Assembly (NCBI GenBank): GCA_964615185.1
Contig: CAZTOS010000001.1
Coordinates: 1 to 26,378 of the forward strand
Length of the DNA stretch: 26,378 bases
From: an uncultured Thermococci archaeon
GTDB lineage: Archaea > Methanobacteriota_B > Thermococci > Thermococcales > Thermococcaceae
Direction of reading: 5' to 3'
Part shown: positions 7,821 to 16,653 of the stretch, piece after piece
Layout of the letters: every line of letters starts with the position of its first letter
Numbering within the stretch: position 1 is the first letter of the stretch
Made by a program: the position numbers and the translations under genes
The notes under the pieces: generated by a model
What the model was told of the DNA's origin: nothing
Seen by the model: the letters and a program-made list of their open reading frames with translations, nothing else
Databases searched by the model: none

Positions 7821-8960
7821 ATGGAGCTGATAGAAATAAGTGAAGGAAAAGCAAGGGTTCTTGTTCCAAAAGCTGAACGTATTTATGATGCTCCAGTTTT
7901 TTACAACCCCATGATGGCTCTGAATAGGGATTTGAGCATCCTTCTCCTTAAGGTTGTTAAAGCGAAGAGAGTTTTAGATGCTCTAAGTGCTACAGGGATC
8001 AGGGGAATTAGGTATGCTTTAGAGACACCAGCAACTGAAGTTTGGATGAACGACATAAATCCAGATGCCTTTGAGCTGATAATTAAAAATCTGAGGCTCA
8101 ACTTCTCCGGTAAAATTGAGATACATGAGAAGAAAGCAATTTTAAAAGGGAACAAGGTTTTAGTTGCAACAAACTTAGATGTCAACAGATTAATGAATGA
8201 GCAGTTTAGGTATTTTGACTTCATTGATTTAGACCCCTTTGGTTCTCCAATGGAGTTCTTAGACTCTGCCTTGAGGAGTGTAAAGCGAAAAGGAGTTTTG
8301 GCAATCACTGCAACAGATACAGCACCCCTCTGCGGAGCTCATCCAAGGGCATGTCTAAGAAAATACAACACAGTGCCAATAAGGGGCGAGCTCTGCCATG
8401 AAGCTGGGCTGAGGATTTTAATAGGAACCGTTGCGAGATATGTTGCAAAGTATGATATGGGCTTTGAAGTTCTTTTTGCGTATTACAAAGACCATTACTT
8501 TAGGGCCTTCTTAAGGTTTAAAGGTGGAGCAAAGAAAGGAAATGAAACTTTAGAAAAGCTCGGTTATCTGTATTTTGATGAAAATAACGGAAAGTTTGAG
8601 ATTGAGAGAAGCTTTTTACCGAGTAAACCTAAAGCTTATGGACCTTTGTGGCTTGGGGAGCTTAAGAATCAAGAAATTGTTGAAGAGATGCATAAGCTAT
8701 TGGAGAAAGAAGAGATTGCAGAGAAAAAGAAAGTGCTGAAGTTTTTAGGAATAATCAAAGAGGAGCTTGACGTTCCATTTTTCTACGACACTCATGCATT
8801 AGCGAGGAGAAACAATCTTGAGGTTAGGAAAATTGCCAAAATCATCGAGATTCTTGAAAAAGAGGGCTACAAAGCAACGAGAACTCACTTCTCACCAACG
8901 GCTCTAAAGACAAATGCTCCTTTTGAGGAAGTGCTTGAGGCTTTAGAATCATTACAGTAA
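7821..8960 (+). CDS. trm1: tRNA (guanine(26)-N2)-dimethyltransferase Trm1
   Basis: [45 protein letters not shown] motifs. Confidence 0.96.
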   Translation: MELIEISEGKARVLVPKAERIYDAPVFYNPMMALNRDLSILLLKVVKAKRVLDALSATGIRGIRYALETPATEVWMNDINPDAFELIIKNLRLNFSGKIEIHEKKAILKGNKVLVATNLDVNRLMNEQFRYFDFIDLDPFGSPMEFLDSALRSVKRKGVLAITATDTAPLCGAHPRACLRKYNTVPIRGELCHEAGLRILIGTVARYVAKYDMGFEVLFAYYKDHYFRAFLRFKGGAKKGNETLEKLGYLYFDENNGKFEIERSFLPSKPKAYGPLWLGELKNQEIVEEMHKLLEKEEIAEKKKVLKFLGIIKEELDVPFFYDTHALARRNNLEVRKIAKIIEILEKEGYKATRTHFSPTALKTNAPFEEVLEALESLQ

Positions 8961-9002
8961 CCTTAATTAAACCCTTTTGTTCAGCTTTTTAAGGGATGAA
9001 AG

Positions 9003-10097
9003 ATGAATGAGATGGTAAAGTCTGCTCTTCAATTCTACAGAGATGAATATTCAGACTCAGTTCTTTATGCTCAGCTTGCTAAGATTGAGAAAGACGAGGC
9101 TTTAAAGAATGAATTTCTAAGGCTTTCAAACATTGAGGCAAAGCATGCAAAGTTCTGGCACGATTTCTTGGCAAGGAGAGGCGTTAAAATATCTAAAGCA
9201 AAGGTTAGCAAGTTCTCGCTCTACAGCACAAGACTCCTAAGGAAAATTTTAGGGCCTGGTGCTGTTGCTTCGCTCCTTGAGATGGGAGAAAACAGTGCAA
9301 TCCAAAAGTACTTCAAATTCCTCACAACATATCAAGAGAAGCTCGATGAGGAAGAGAGAAGAGAGTTAAGTGAAGTCATCTTAGACGAGCTTGAACATGA
9401 GAAGTTCTTCTACGAGAGCAAGCAGAGGTTCCATGTTGAAAACATCCGAGATTTGGTTCTCGGTATGAATGATGGATTAGTTGAGATTCTTGGTGCAGTC
9501 ACTGGATTGTCAGCGGTTTACGTTTACAACCCAAAGCTTGTCGGAATTAGCGGTCTCATCGTTGGAGTTGCCGGGGCTTTATCAATGGCAATTGGGACTT
9601 TCATATCAGTCCGCTCTCAGAGACAAGTAAACGAGAGCATTAGACAAAGAATGGAAGTCCTGTTCAGGGTTTCCCCGGATAGAGCGAAAGATGAACTTTT
9701 AGACAAGCTCCTAGAAAGCGGAATGCCTGAGGAAGTTGCAAAAGAGGTTGCTGAGAAGCTTTCCTCAAATCACGATGCAATAATTAAGTTGCTCGTTCAA
9801 GAAGAGGACGAGAATGAGGTGAGGGCAGCACTATACACCGGAATTTCCTACCTCATTGGTGTAGCATTTCCAGTTACACCTTATTTCTTTGCGTCTTCAT
9901 CTCTAATTGCCCTGCCTTTCTCGGTGCTACTGGCTGGAACAGCACTGGGGGTAGTTGCGACTTTTATATCGGTACTCTCAGGAATCTCAATAAAGAAGAA
10001 AGTCACGGAGATGGTCACCACAGGATTAGGAGCCGCATTTGTTAGCTATCTCTTCGGAAGACTTATGGAGGCTCTATTCCACGTTTCAACACTCTAA
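9003..10097 (+). CDS. Rubrerythrin/ferritin-like domain fused to a VIT1/CCC1 transporter (MbfA-like)
   Basis: Two ExxH di-iron motifs (EAKH, ELEH), then IRDLVLGMNDGLVE and GALSMAIG VIT1 motifs and TM helices. Confidence 0.88.
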   Translation: MNEMVKSALQFYRDEYSDSVLYAQLAKIEKDEALKNEFLRLSNIEAKHAKFWHDFLARRGVKISKAKVSKFSLYSTRLLRKILGPGAVASLLEMGENSAIQKYFKFLTTYQEKLDEEERRELSEVILDELEHEKFFYESKQRFHVENIRDLVLGMNDGLVEILGAVTGLSAVYVYNPKLVGISGLIVGVAGALSMAIGTFISVRSQRQVNESIRQRMEVLFRVSPDRAKDELLDKLLESGMPEEVAKEVAEKLSSNHDAIIKLLVQEEDENEVRAALYTGISYLIGVAFPVTPYFFASSSLIALPFSVLLAGTALGVVATFISVLSGISIKKKVTEMVTTGLGAAFVSYLFGRLMEALFHVSTL

Positions 10098-10501
10098 AGG
10101 TAGAACACCACAATGCCAAGCTTTTCTGCAACTTTTCCCTGTTTTTCATCGCTGGTTGCTAACTTTCCATATTTGAGAGCCTGAGCGATGTAAAGAGAAT
10201 CATAAACGGTAACGTTATTCTCAAGGGCAATTTCTTCCGCCTTAGGCAAGTATTCAATCGGATTCTCATATATGATTATGCCTTTAGTTGAGTGAAGATA
10301 ACCAAGCAATTTCTCTGCCGTTTTGAGAGGAATATCTTGGTGAAGAACACAGCGCTTCCAAATCGCATTTGCGCCTTCAATCAATGCCATTTCTAAGGAA
10401 ACCAACTGATTCTGACGGAGGAACTTCGAAACGTCACGCCAGCCCTCTTCGCGAAGGAGGTATTTGATTAAAGACGAGGTGTCAATTACTATCACGGGCA
10501 T
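10094..10501 (-). CDS. vapC: PIN-domain toxin VapC
   Basis: VIDTSSL..E..NAIWK..VYDSLYIAQA..LATSD PIN acidic residues. Overlaps the antitoxin gene. Confidence 0.92.
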   Translation of the reverse strand: MPVIVIDTSSLIKYLLREEGWRDVSKFLRQNQLVSLEMALIEGANAIWKRCVLHQDIPLKTAEKLLGYLHSTKGIIIYENPIEYLPKAEEIALENNVTVYDSLYIAQALKYGKLATSDEKQGKVAEKLGIVVFYL

Positions 10502-10706
10502 CCCTCACAAGCTTCACTGCTTGTCCCTTTTTCATGGGAGGAACTTCCTTTTCGAGAAAAGCATCTATCTCATCAAGCAACTTTCTTTTTTCCTGCTCCC
10601 GTATTTTCATCTCAATAAACCTCCGTATCTCTTCGCTCCAGTTTATATTAACCTCCTTCATTTTCGCTTTAAGCTCATCGGGGATACGAATGCTGACAAC
10701 AGCCAT
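10482..10706 (-). CDS. vapB: RHH antitoxin VapB
   Basis: MAVVSIRIPDELKAKM..INWSEEIRRFI. RBS GGTGATG before ATG 10706. Lies upstream of vapC. Confidence 0.88.
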   Translation of the reverse strand: MAVVSIRIPDELKAKMKEVNINWSEEIRRFIEMKIREQEKRKLLDEIDAFLEKEVPPMKKGQAVKLVRDARDSN

Positions 10707-10715
10707 AACATCACC

Positions 10716-10745
10716 GTATATATAGGCGTCATACATACTTATAAA
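10716..10745 (-). promoter_or_regulatory. vapBC TATA box and inverted-repeat operator
   Basis: Minus-strand TTTATAA (10745-10739) directly followed by GTATGTAT-N7-ATATATAC (7/8 inverted repeat). Confidence 0.6.
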
Positions 10746-10752
10746 CATTGTG

Positions 10753-12117
10753 TCATACTTTTATGTACTTCCACTTCCCCCTCTTAAACACCCACCAGAA
10801 AAAGCCAGCGGTTGTGAATGTCTCAAGGCTCATTGCAATCCAAGCGGCAATAACTCCAAGCCCCTCAAAGCGGAATGAACCTATTGCAAATCCAAATCCC
10901 AAAAGATAGGCTGGGAGAATTCTAAAGAGCAATTTGCTAACAGCTGTTATATACATCGGACTTTTTGTATCTCCTGCACCTCTTAAAGCTCCGCTGAGAA
11001 CAAAAAGCCAGCCTAATGGAATTTCACTTATACCCACAATCATGAGATAGATTGCAGCCAAGTGAATAACTTGCCAATAATTGGGGTCGCTTTTTGTTAT
11101 GAAAGGTATGACAAGGTATTTTGGAAAAGCAATCAAAACCACAGCCATGACGCTCATGAAAGCCGTTACCATTTTCAGTGATTCATATACAACCTTCTCA
11201 GCTTTTTCTGGGTTTCCTTCACCTAAGCTCTGTCCAACCAAAGCTGATGTGGCAACATTAAAGCCAAAAGCTGGCATATAGGCTATGCTTTCAACCCTTA
11301 AGCCAACCTGATGAGCAGCTAAAGCTACTGTACCAAATCTTGTAACGATGCTTATGTAAATGAAGTTGTAAACGCTGAAGATTATTCTCTCAATCGTTGC
11401 TGGAATTCCAATTCTGAGGATTCTTTTAACCAGTGAAATATCAAATCTAAAGCTGGGTTTAAACTTCAAAACAAGCTTGTCACTTAAGAAGAGGAACATG
11501 CCAATAATAAACGCCGCTACAATTGAAAGTCCAGAAGCTAATGCAGCTCCCTTGACTTCTAATCTTGGAAAACCAAATTTTCCAAAAATTAAGAGATAGT
11601 TTAAAATAACATTCAGCACATTCATCAAAAGGCTTAACTTCATTGGCGTTTTTGTGTCACCAGCACCTCTTAAAGCTGAAAAAGCCGCAAAACCCATGAA
11701 GTTAATGGGATAAAATAAGAAGTATACCCTGATGTATTCGTAGCCCAGTCTAATTACGTCCTCACCAGCACCCATTACTCTAAGTGCATCATCCCCAAAG
11801 AATAAGCCAATTAACATAACAGGTATCCCAACAAGAAAGGCAAGATAAATCCCCTGCTCCAAAGTTTGATTTGCCATTTCGTAATCTTTAGCACCAACAA
11901 AACGAGCAACCAATGCTAAAACTCCAGTTGAGACTGCAAACATTATTGGCATCATGAACCATGAAAGCTGAGCTCCTAATCCCACGCTGGCAATCGCGAG
12001 AGCACCAAGCTGTCCGACCATTATCATGTCAACTAAGTTAACAAGGGTTTGAGAGATGTTTGCCAATATTGCCGGCCATGCAAGCTCCCATAACTTCTTC
12101 CTTAATTCGCCATCCAT
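10753..12117 (-). CDS. MATE family efflux transporter
   Basis: About 12 TMs, two LRGAGDTK(T/S)PM repeats, D in TM1 (LVDMIMVG). Start 12117 chosen from the GTGA RBS. Confidence 0.95.
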   Translation of the reverse strand: MDGELRKKLWELAWPAILANISQTLVNLVDMIMVGQLGALAIASVGLGAQLSWFMMPIMFAVSTGVLALVARFVGAKDYEMANQTLEQGIYLAFLVGIPVMLIGLFFGDDALRVMGAGEDVIRLGYEYIRVYFLFYPINFMGFAAFSALRGAGDTKTPMKLSLLMNVLNVILNYLLIFGKFGFPRLEVKGAALASGLSIVAAFIIGMFLFLSDKLVLKFKPSFRFDISLVKRILRIGIPATIERIIFSVYNFIYISIVTRFGTVALAAHQVGLRVESIAYMPAFGFNVATSALVGQSLGEGNPEKAEKVVYESLKMVTAFMSVMAVVLIAFPKYLVIPFITKSDPNYWQVIHLAAIYLMIVGISEIPLGWLFVLSGALRGAGDTKSPMYITAVSKLLFRILPAYLLGFGFAIGSFRFEGLGVIAAWIAMSLETFTTAGFFWWVFKRGKWKYIKV

Positions 12118-12163
12118 AGTAATCACTTAGATGAATGTCTAAGCGATAAAAGAGAAATAGAAG

Positions 12164-13168
12164 TTAAAAATCTTGCGATAAGAAGAGCTTTTCAAGATTG
12201 AATACTTTGAGACCAAATCGATTTAGCATTTCTTCAACTTGCTTTTTTGTAAGTCTGTAATCATAGACAAATCCTCCGAAGCTTTCCCTTACAAGTTTCT
12301 CCTCAAATCCCATAACCTCAACCATAAGCTCTATAGCTTGCCCTTTTCGTTTCTCCAGGTTTTCAGTATTCTCTTTGAATTTCTCTAAAAATTCATAGAA
12401 CAGGTTTTTGTTGAGATCCAAAAAGCTCAAATTAACTCCCAAAGCGCAGCAGGGATATTTCCCAAAATAATCAGAGTAATGGTAGACATTGAAGCCCTTC
12501 TTTTTAAGCAGACTTAGATACGGCTCCCAGATGCTTATCCCATCTATCTCTCCTCTAAGGAAAGACTCCACAGCATTTTCTGGATTTTTAAAGTATGTCA
12601 CTTTTATATTCTTCAATCCCTTTTTCTCAAGGAACAACTTTAGCATGGTTTCCATTGTAGAAAGCTCAGAAGAGGCAATGGTTTTTCCTTCCTTGAGCTC
12701 TCCTCTCACAACGAGTCCGCTACCAGAAAATCCACATCCAGAAACAACTTTAATGCTTTTCATCAACAATGCATAAAGGATTTGAGTAATTAACGGCGAG
12801 CACGCTAAATCAACCTTTCCTATTGCAAGAGCATTCGTAAGCTCAAGGGCTGAGTTGTAAACCAAAACTCTAACATTGTACTTTTCTTTTAAATCATGAG
12901 CCGCCAAAAGGGCATGAGGATATTCAACAGCCCTTAAAAGTCCGAGTCTAAGAGTGTTTTTAATGGGAAAGGGCGCCTCATCAATAATCCATATTCTGTA
13001 TGCTTTTTTCCCAATGTTTCTTTTTACAATAAGGTTCTCTTCTTCAAGACTTTCTAAGGCCTCAGCAATTGTCGAACGGGAATACCCCAACTCATACAGC
13101 TCACTTTGCAAAGCACCATCATGCCCCTTTGACTTTAAATAGCGCAAAATGTCATCTTTTGCACTCAT
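12164..13168 (-). CDS. Winged-HTH domain fused to an SsuA/NMT1-type substrate-binding domain
   Basis: N-terminal LQSELYELGYSRSTIAEALESLEEENLIVK wHTH. C-terminal GEIDGISIWEPY and YPCCAL typical of class II SBPs. No signal peptide. Confidence 0.75.
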   Translation of the reverse strand: MSAKDDILRYLKSKGHDGALQSELYELGYSRSTIAEALESLEEENLIVKRNIGKKAYRIWIIDEAPFPIKNTLRLGLLRAVEYPHALLAAHDLKEKYNVRVLVYNSALELTNALAIGKVDLACSPLITQILYALLMKSIKVVSGCGFSGSGLVVRGELKEGKTIASSELSTMETMLKLFLEKKGLKNIKVTYFKNPENAVESFLRGEIDGISIWEPYLSLLKKKGFNVYHYSDYFGKYPCCALGVNLSFLDLNKNLFYEFLEKFKENTENLEKRKGQAIELMVEVMGFEEKLVRESFGGFVYDYRLTKKQVEEMLNRFGLKVFNLEKLFLSQDF

Positions 13169-13249
13169 AGTTTAGAATTCAAAGCAAGGATTTATAGAGT
13201 TATCCCCCACACAGTTAACTTAGTACAGAAAAGCAAAATAAAAAAGAAA

Positions 13250-13438
13250 TCAATGGACGTTCTTAGCTTTCTTCCACTTCTTTGACCAGCTGTACTTCCT
13301 CAACCTTCTGCTCTTTCCAAAGCCACAGGCAGCACAGTAGCCCTTTCTAACATTGTAGGCTTTCTTCCCACATCTTCTGCACTTTATGTGAGTAGGAGTC
13401 CTATTTCTCTTTCCATGGGGCGCTGTTCCGCTTCCCAC
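13250..13438 (-). CDS. rpl37e: 50S ribosomal protein L37e (eL37)
   Basis: [18 protein letters not shown] zinc ribbon. Follows the Sm gene. Confidence 0.97.
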   Translation of the reverse strand: MGSGTAPHGKRNRTPTHIKCRRCGKKAYNVRKGYCAACGFGKSRRLRKYSWSKKWKKAKNVH

Positions 13439-13449
13439 CGAGAATCACC

Positions 13450-13680
13450 TCACTCAGTTTCTACTGGTGAAATAGCCAACACATTGTCTCCTCTAATTAC
13501 AATCTTACCATACTTCTTTGTTACCTCGCCGCCCTCAATAAGCTGAGCATCTGCAAGGACAACATTCAGGTGAATGTCATAACCGATAAGCTTGCCTCTA
13601 AACTCGAATCCTTTCTTAAGTATAACCAACACATCCTTGTCCAGGGACCTGTGTATAACATCAAGTGGTCTTTCCGCCAT
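13450..13680 (-). CDS. Archaeal Sm/Lsm protein (SmAP1)
   Basis: Sm1 motif GKLIGYDIHLNVVL and Sm2 motif IVIRGDNV. Conserved Sm-L37e pair. Confidence 0.97.
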   Translation of the reverse strand: MAERPLDVIHRSLDKDVLVILKKGFEFRGKLIGYDIHLNVVLADAQLIEGGEVTKKYGKIVIRGDNVLAISPVETE

Positions 13681-13861
13681 TTCTCTTCCCTCCTAAATAA
13701 TCAAAGCTAAAGCTCACATTCATAACGGAAAAATTGGTTTATAACTCTTTCGTATCACAGCCCTAAAATGTTCTATTAGGCACCAACTTTGATAAAACAT
13801 CAAAGGATATTCCACAAAGTTTTTAGGATTTTGAAGTATCACACCTTAAGGTGGTGAAGGC

Positions 13862-15574
13862 ATGAAGATAGACAAGTATGAAATCCTTTCAGATTTGATG
13901 AGAAGAAGGGGCTTTGCATGGGGGAGCTTTGAAATTTATGGTGGAGCGAGAGGTTTTTACGATTACGGTCCTCTTGGAGCAACGATAAAGAGAAAGATTG
14001 AGCGTAAAATCAGAGAAGCCTTTCAGAGAGAGGGCTTTTTTGAGCTTGAAACCCCGGACATAACTCCTGAGGAAGTCTTCATAGCTTCAGGTCACGTTGA
14101 GAAGTTCGTTGATCCCTTAGTTGAGTGTACCAAGTGCCACGCAAGATACAGAGCAGACCATCTCATCGAGGAGAACTTGGACATTGATGTTGAAGGCTTG
14201 AGCGCTGAAGAGCTCACTAAGATAATAAGAGAAAATGGTATAAAATGCCCTCAGTGTGGCGGAGAGCTAAGCGATGTGTGGTATTTTAACTTGATGTTCG
14301 AGACGTATATCGGCCCTTACAAGGATAAGAAAGGGTATTTAAGGCCGGAAACTGCCCAAGGTATTTTTGTGAACTTTAAGAGGCTCAACGCATTTGCAAG
14401 AAACAAGCTCCCATTCGGCGTGTTCCAGATTGGAAAAGCATACAGAAATGAAATTTCACCAAGGCAAGGGATGATTAGACTTAGAGAGTTCACCCAGGCT
14501 GAGGTTGAAATATTCTTCAACCCAAAAGAGACCGAGCATCCACACTTTGATGAAGTCAAAGACGAGGTTGTAAGGCTCTACCCCATTGAACACCAGCTTA
14601 AGAACTTGGGGATGATTGAGATAACTCTTGAAGAAGCTGTTAAGAAAGGCTATGTCATGAACACATTTTTTGCCTACTACATGGCTATGGTGAAAGGAAT
14701 CCTTCTCGACATAGGCATTCCAGAAAAGGCAATACGATTTAGACAACAACTCCCGGAGGAAAGGGCACATTATTCAAGCGACACATGGGACGTTGAAATT
14801 TACAGCGAAAGATTTGGATGGATTGAGTGTGTTGGTATTGCATACAGAGGAGATTACGACTTGAGCAGACACATGAAGATGAGTGGTGCTGATTTGACAG
14901 TCATGATTCATTATGATGAGCCGAAGATTGTGAAAAAGCTTAAAGTAAGCCTAAATATGAAAAGAGTTGGTCCAAAGCTTAAGAAAGACGCAAAAAGAAT
15001 AAACGAGAAGCTCAAAGAAATGAGCGAAGAGGAACTCAAAAAACTTGTCAAGAGCTTAGAAGTAACTGGAAAGGCCATAATTGATGGGTATGAGCTTGAG
15101 AGGGAGGACTTTATAATCAAAGAAGTTGAAGAAAAGATAACAGGTGAAAAAATTGTCCCTCACGTCTTAGAGCCAAGTTTTGGTATTGACAGACCATTCT
15201 ATCTCCTCCTTGAGAACTCACTGACGATTGATGAGGACGGAAGAATTTACCTTAAGATAAAGAAGGACATGGCTCCAATAGAGGTCGCCGTTCTGCCATT
15301 AGTTGCAAAGGAGCCACTAATAACGATAGCCTACAACGTCTTTAGAACATTGCAAAAAGCTGGGTTCATAGCAGTTTATGATGAAAAAGATACAATTGGG
15401 AGGAGATATGCGAGATACGACGAAATTGGAACTCCATACTGTGTGACCATTGACAATCAAACACCGGAAGACAACACCGTAACAATCAGAGACAGAGATA
15501 CGAGGGAGCAGATTAGGGTCAAGATCGGCGAATTACCAGAGAAGCTGAAGGAGCTCATCTTTGGCTCCTCTTGA
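13862..15574 (+). CDS. glyS: Glycine--tRNA ligase (alpha2 type)
   Basis: LRPETAQGIF, YRNEISPRQGMIRLREFTQAE, EPSFGIDR, IGRRYARYDEIGTP. Confidence 0.98.
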   Translation: MKIDKYEILSDLMRRRGFAWGSFEIYGGARGFYDYGPLGATIKRKIERKIREAFQREGFFELETPDITPEEVFIASGHVEKFVDPLVECTKCHARYRADHLIEENLDIDVEGLSAEELTKIIRENGIKCPQCGGELSDVWYFNLMFETYIGPYKDKKGYLRPETAQGIFVNFKRLNAFARNKLPFGVFQIGKAYRNEISPRQGMIRLREFTQAEVEIFFNPKETEHPHFDEVKDEVVRLYPIEHQLKNLGMIEITLEEAVKKGYVMNTFFAYYMAMVKGILLDIGIPEKAIRFRQQLPEERAHYSSDTWDVEIYSERFGWIECVGIAYRGDYDLSRHMKMSGADLTVMIHYDEPKIVKKLKVSLNMKRVGPKLKKDAKRINEKLKEMSEEELKKLVKSLEVTGKAIIDGYELEREDFIIKEVEEKITGEKIVPHVLEPSFGIDRPFYLLLENSLTIDEDGRIYLKIKKDMAPIEVAVLPLVAKEPLITIAYNVFRTLQKAGFIAVYDEKDTIGRRYARYDEIGTPYCVTIDNQTPEDNTVTIRDRDTREQIRVKIGELPEKLKELIFGSS

Positions 15575-15575
15575 C

Positions 15576-15977
15576 TTTTCTTTTTCAAGCCTCGCCCTTT
15601 AGGCTGGGGGCACAGAACACCGCCCAATCAGTCTTTAAGCATCGAAACCCTTTTAACCTCTTGCAACGTAATAGGGCTTCGGAGAGGCCACCAAAGAGCA
15701 ACCCAATGAGACGAGGGGTTTCATCCGTGTCCCTCCCGTTGGGAGGGATAACGCTGTTAAGTATCCTTTCAAGACTGCTCACTCTGGCAGTCAAAAACTC
15801 CAATGGGTGGCCTTTGAGCGATAACCCCAATCCGCTCTGCGGTAGGGGTAACGGGCCGAAGACCCGGCCTGCGGGCTGAACCAAAACCGGCAACGGGAGT
15901 AGGAGATGATTGCCCGCAAACCTCCCCGTCATTAGCGAGGGAGTTAAGCCAAACCCTCGCAAAGGGGAGGAGGTCAG
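15576..15977 (+). mobile_element. 402-bp non-autonomous IS200/IS605 derivative lacking tnpA and tnpB
   Basis: Left end TGAC|TTTTCTTTTTCAAG-CCTCGCCC-TTTA-GGCTGGGG matches the element at 1584-1546. The 3' half is homologous to 1-155. Ends GGGGAGGAGGTCAG|. Confidence 0.88.
15643..15656 (+). promoter_or_regulatory. Internal BRE/TATA promoter of the mini-element RNA
   Basis: CGAAA-CCC-TTTTAA about 20 nt upstream of the first base-paired segment (15676). Confidence 0.55.
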
Positions 15978-15995
15978 TTTTCTCCAAATTATTCT
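15675..15995 (+). ncRNA. Stand-alone TnpB omegaRNA: extra 5' domain (15676-15819), scaffold (15820-15977), guide (from 15978)
   Basis: Stems: GGCCACC/GGTGGCC, ATGAGAC/GTTTCAT, TCCCTCCC/GGGAGGGA, GACTGC/GCAGTC, ACCCC/GGGGT, GGGCCG/CGGCCT, GCGGGC/GCCCGC, CCTCCCC/GGGGAGG, GCGAGGG/CCCTCGC. Ends are inferred. Confidence 0.72.
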
Positions 15996-16058
15996 TGCCA
16001 CAGTGAAAAGGACAACACCACTCAAGAAGCCAGAGAGATAAATTAATCCTGCATCCAT
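15978..16058 (-). CDS. Small single-pass membrane peptide gene interrupted by the mini-element (33 aa at the empty site; reads through to 157 aa here)
   Basis: RBS GGTGAG and TATA palindrome at 16107-16120. MDAGLIYLSGFLSGVVLFTVARIIWRK ends on a codon boundary at the element junction. The empty site adds VKRSQR*. Confidence 0.55.
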
Positions 16059-16140
16059 CTTTACTCACCATGCTTTATTAGGCTTCAATACTTCTGTGCA
16101 TGGCTGAGGTTTTTAAACCTAAAATGCTACATAAAATTAT

Positions 16141-16653
16141 ATGAACCAAAAGATCCACCTCATCTACAAGCGCATTCCAAACAGAGTCCTTGAAAGATAC
16201 GATGAACTCATAGCGAACTTAGGAGACATCATCGTTGCCAAATCCAGATTTTATGGAATGCTAACGCCTCTTTACGTAAATGGAGTTAAAGTAATTGAAA
16301 ACGGCTACACAATGATATACTTCGCCTTTATCGGCAGAAATTATGATGTTTTGAAAGTTTATGATGAGGAAGGGAATTTTAAAGGGTTCTACGTAGATGT
16401 TCTGGCATATACAAAGCGCTACAACAATACCTTAGAGATGCTCGACCTATTTTTAGACATATTCATCTTCCCAAACGGCGAAGCTTTCTTGTTAGATGAA
16501 GACGAGCTTGAAATGGCTCTCAATTATGGTCTAATCGACAAAGAGACCTTTGATTTCGCCTACAAAGTTGCAGATGAAATAATGAACGCTGTGAAGGAAA
16601 AGATGTTTCCTCCAAAAATCGTTTGGGAATATGGTATGGAGGGAAGAGAATGA
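16141..16653 (+). CDS. DUF402 family protein
   Basis: YDEEGNFKGFYVDV..MLDLFLDIFIFPNG..LLDEDELEMAL..GLID pattern. Probably leaderless (TATA about 24 nt upstream). Confidence 0.85.
   Translation: MNQKIHLIYKRIPNRVLERYDELIANLGDIIVAKSRFYGMLTPLYVNGVKVIENGYTMIYFAFIGRNYDVLKVYDEEGNFKGFYVDVLAYTKRYNNTLEMLDLFLDIFIFPNGEAFLLDEDELEMALNYGLIDKETFDFAYKVADEIMNAVKEKMFPPKIVWEYGMEGRE

Noticed and set aside
13837..13857. TATCAC...GGTG palindrome before glyS as a TGM
   Set aside because: Spacing does not fit TATCAC-N5-GTGATA. The CACCTTAAGGTG palindrome overlaps the RBS region and has no other support.
15571..15879. 102-aa plus-strand ORF and 100-aa minus-strand ORF (15769-16071)
   Set aside because: They run through GC-rich RNA stems without a convincing RBS. 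Only the GRGNGPKTRP stretch echoes the TnpB tail, which the shared scaffold explains.
15676..15977. tRNA, SRP RNA, RNase P RNA or group I intron (IStron)
   Set aside because: No cloverleaf/T-loop, SRP helix 8, RNase P P4 or group I P7 signatures recognised. Homology to the tnpB 3' end explains the 3' half.
15576..15983. TTTTCT at both ends as a target-site duplication
   Set aside because: The same TTTTCT follows TGAC in the other element, so it belongs to the left end. IS200/IS605 elements make no TSD.
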